A DNA stretch of 64,000 nucleotides from an uncultured cyanobacterium. Lineage in GTDB: Bacteria > Cyanobacteriota > Cyanobacteriia > Cyanobacteriales > Nostocaceae. Positions 61,637 to 64,000 of the stretch are shown here, piece by piece. The notes beneath the pieces were generated by a model. The model had not been told where the DNA came from and did not search any database. It was given only the letters and a program-made list of their open reading frames with translations. The DNA is taken from assembly GCA_963740315.1 (NCBI GenBank), contig CAVUDP010000004.1:544001-608000 (forward strand). Reading direction: 5' to 3'. A program made the translations under genes and the position numbers. How positions within the stretch are numbered: position 1 is the first letter of the stretch; the number at the start of each line of letters is the position of its first letter.

Positions 61637-63409
61637 ATGGCTAAAAAAGAAGCAACTTCTGCCCTTAAAATTATTCCATTGGGTGGACTGCATGAAATTG
61701 GAAAAAATACCTGCATTTTCGAGTATGAAGATGAAATTATTTTATTAGATGCTGGTTTAGGTTTTCCCAGCGAGCAAATGCACGGAGTTAATATTGTTCT
61801 ACCGGACATGACTTACGTGCGAGAAAATCGCCACAAAATTAAGGGTATGGTTGTTACCCACGGGCACGAAGACCATATTGGCGGTATTGCCTTTCACTTG
61901 AAACAGTTTGATATTCCTGTTATACACGGACCCAGACTGGCAATGGCAATGCTAGAGCGCAAATTAGAAGAAGCTGGAGTTCGCGATCGCACTGAATTAA
62001 GAAGCGTGAAACCCCGCGATATGGTGCGGATCGGAAACAATTTTTTGGTAGAGTATATCCGCAATACGCACAGTATTTGCGATAGTTTTAGCGTTGCAAT
62101 CCATACACCATTAGGAGTTGTGATTCACACGGGAGATTTCAAAGTTGACCATACCCCAGTAGATGGCGAACATTTTGATTTGCAACGGTTAGCCGAACAT
62201 GGTGAAAAAGGCGTACTTTGCTTGATGAGCGATTCTACTAACGCAGAAGTACCTGGTTTTACTCCTTCCGAGCGTTCGGTTTATCCAAACTTGGAAAAGA
62301 TTATCATGCAAACCGAAGGTAGACTTTTTATTACTACCTTCTCTTCTTCGGTACATCGCATCAACATGGTTTTGCAGTTGGCGCAAAAACATAACCGATC
62401 GGTATCTGTAGTTGGACGTTCGATGTTAAATTTGATTGCCCACGCTCGCAATCTTGGTTACATCAAATGCGAAGATAAACTATTTCAGCCTTTGCACGTT
62501 GCCCGTAGTTTGCCTGACGAAAAGGTATTGATTTTAACTACTGGTTCTCAAGGTGAGACAATGGCGGCAATGACCCGCATTGCTAGAGGAGAACACCCCC
62601 ATCTCAAGATTCGCGAAGGAGATACAGTTGCGTTCTCAGCTAATCCTATTCCCGGTAATACGATTGCGGTAGTTAACGTTATTGATAAATTAATGCAGCA
62701 GGGTGCAAATGTTATCTACGGTCGCGATAAAGGAATTCATGTTTCCGGTCATGGCTGTCAGGAAGACGAAAAGTTGATGATTGCCTTGACAAAGCCTAAA
62801 TTCTTCTTGCCCGTTCACGGCGAACATCGGATGTTAGTTAAGCATTCGCAGACAGCCCAAAGTATGGGTATCAGAGCCGAGAATATGGTGATTATTAATA
62901 ATGGCGACATTGTAAAATTGACCAACGATTCTATTAGTGTTGCAGGTTCTGTTCCATCAGGTTTGGAATTAGTAGATACTTCCGGTTCCGGCATGGTTAG
63001 CGATAAAGTCTTGTCAGAACGGCAACGTATGGCTGAAGAAGGTATTGTTACTGTTGCAGCGGCAGTTGACTGGAACGGTAAGATGTTGGCGAAGCCAGAG
63101 ATTCACCTGCGGGGTGTAGTTACCAGCATGGAAAAATCGATGGTGCAAAAATGGGTACAACAGCGATTCGAGGAAATACTCGCTTTACGTTGGGAAGAAC
63201 TTGCTCCCCCTTTGAACGGTCAAAAGCCAAATATGGATTGGAATGGTTTGCAAGAAGTGATAGAAGGCGATTTGGCGCGTAACTTGCGACGGGAGTTACG
63301 ATGTCAGCCTACAGTTACCTTGTTGATGCAGATTCCAGATGAACCACCTGCATCTTCGGATGGTAGAAGACGACGTACTCGTACTGCTGCTCAGCAAGTG
63401 GCATCGTAG
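61637..63409 (+). CDS. rnj: Ribonuclease J
   Basis: GGLHEIGKN, THGHEDHIGG, HTGDFK, HVSGH and PVHGE motifs. Confidence 0.97.
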   Translation: MAKKEATSALKIIPLGGLHEIGKNTCIFEYEDEIILLDAGLGFPSEQMHGVNIVLPDMTYVRENRHKIKGMVVTHGHEDHIGGIAFHLKQFDIPVIHGPRLAMAMLERKLEEAGVRDRTELRSVKPRDMVRIGNNFLVEYIRNTHSICDSFSVAIHTPLGVVIHTGDFKVDHTPVDGEHFDLQRLAEHGEKGVLCLMSDSTNAEVPGFTPSERSVYPNLEKIIMQTEGRLFITTFSSSVHRINMVLQLAQKHNRSVSVVGRSMLNLIAHARNLGYIKCEDKLFQPLHVARSLPDEKVLILTTGSQGETMAAMTRIARGEHPHLKIREGDTVAFSANPIPGNTIAVVNVIDKLMQQGANVIYGRDKGIHVSGHGCQEDEKLMIALTKPKFFLPVHGEHRMLVKHSQTAQSMGIRAENMVIINNGDIVKLTNDSISVAGSVPSGLELVDTSGSGMVSDKVLSERQRMAEEGIVTVAAAVDWNGKMLAKPEIHLRGVVTSMEKSMVQKWVQQRFEEILALRWEELAPPLNGQKPNMDWNGLQEVIEGDLARNLRRELRCQPTVTLLMQIPDEPPASSDGRRRRTRTAAQQVAS

Positions 63410-63442
63410 ATTTGAATTTGAAATTATAGTCGATTACATAAT

Positions 63443-63800
63443 TTTTGATGGGTTCGTTTTCCCGTAAATGTTGGGAGACTATTCTGTGCTACGTCTCTAC
63501 AACCCATCAAAATTAGTGAAAAGGACTACTAGTAGTTCTTTTCATTTGTTTTGAAGGGTAACAAAGGTTCGTAGTAAGGGCTTCAGCCCTTCCATGCGAG
63601 GTAACAAATCATCACTACTAACCCATCAAGATTAATGTGGCGGAGTACTAGTAGTTCTTTTCATTTGTTTTGATGGGTAACAAAGGTTCTACGTGTCGGC
63701 ATTGGTTCCCTAAATCCGGAGGGCTGAAGCCCTTACTACAAACCGTCAAAATTAATGTGGTGAACTACTAGTAAGGAGCATCTCGATTTCACTACTAACC
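63443..63800. repeat. Array of about 120-bp modular hairpin units with GTAG arms
   Basis: ACC(C/G)..TCAARATT...TACTAGTA...TTTTGA(T/A)GGGTAACAAAGGTTC repeated at about 63501, 63620 and 63741 (third partial); 24-bp IR at 63567/63720. Confidence 0.8.
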
Positions 63801-64000
63801 ATACATTTTTTATTTGAAATGAATATAAAGATGAAGGAATTTTATTTTTACACTACAAATAAATTTTCATAAATTTTGCTCTCTTTAATACCAGTCAATA
63901 CCAAACAATAAAAGCCGTCAGAGAAAAATACTTTCTTTAATAAAATCTGCGAGTAAGTAGGTGAAGACAAGTCAATTTGGAAAAATTCTATCTAAATAAA

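Noticed and set aside
231..61988. Very frequent GCGATCGC octamer
   Set aside because: Known cyanobacterial HIP1; useful for taxonomy but not novel
63443..63800. CRISPR array at the window end
   Set aside because: Units are about 120 bp and degenerate, and the intervening segments are themselves repeat arms

Overview
AT-rich chromosomal DNA from a filamentous, probably heterocyst-forming cyanobacterium. This is supported by abundant HIP1 GCGATCGC, heptamer STRR arrays, GTAG-type palindromic repeats, and plmA, labA and an HstK-type hybrid kinase. Most of the window is housekeeping or signalling: cbpM-dnaJ/cbpA-hspA, leuA, labA, glmU, iaaA, pyrD, ureDAB, plmA, tig-clpP-clpX and asd-dapA-rnj. 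The stand-out locus is 33255-35932. A sigma70-type promoter precedes four tandem tRNA-shaped RNA genes, then a Ro60/TROVE (rsr) gene, a fifth D-arm-less tRNA-like RNA and a terminator. All five RNAs share the module AACTTGCC-N6-8-GGACG-N8-9-RGRTTATCG, which looks like a circularly permuted, loop-closed Y-RNA Ro60-binding helix. In units 1-4 it is inserted in the anticodon arm. Removing it from units 3 and 4 restores complete anticodon arms with Lys(TTT) and Asp(GTC) loops. Units 1 and 2 keep degenerate His(GTG)-like and Tyr/Leu-like loops. Other notable items are a palindromic MITE-like element inserted in frame in the first kinase, GTAG repeats that supply stop codons to three genes, modular composite repeats, a CHASE2-kinase/FecR/beta-barrel trio, a urease cluster lacking ureC, and a NERD-helicase next to twin HTH genes. 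All calls are by eye; no searches were run.
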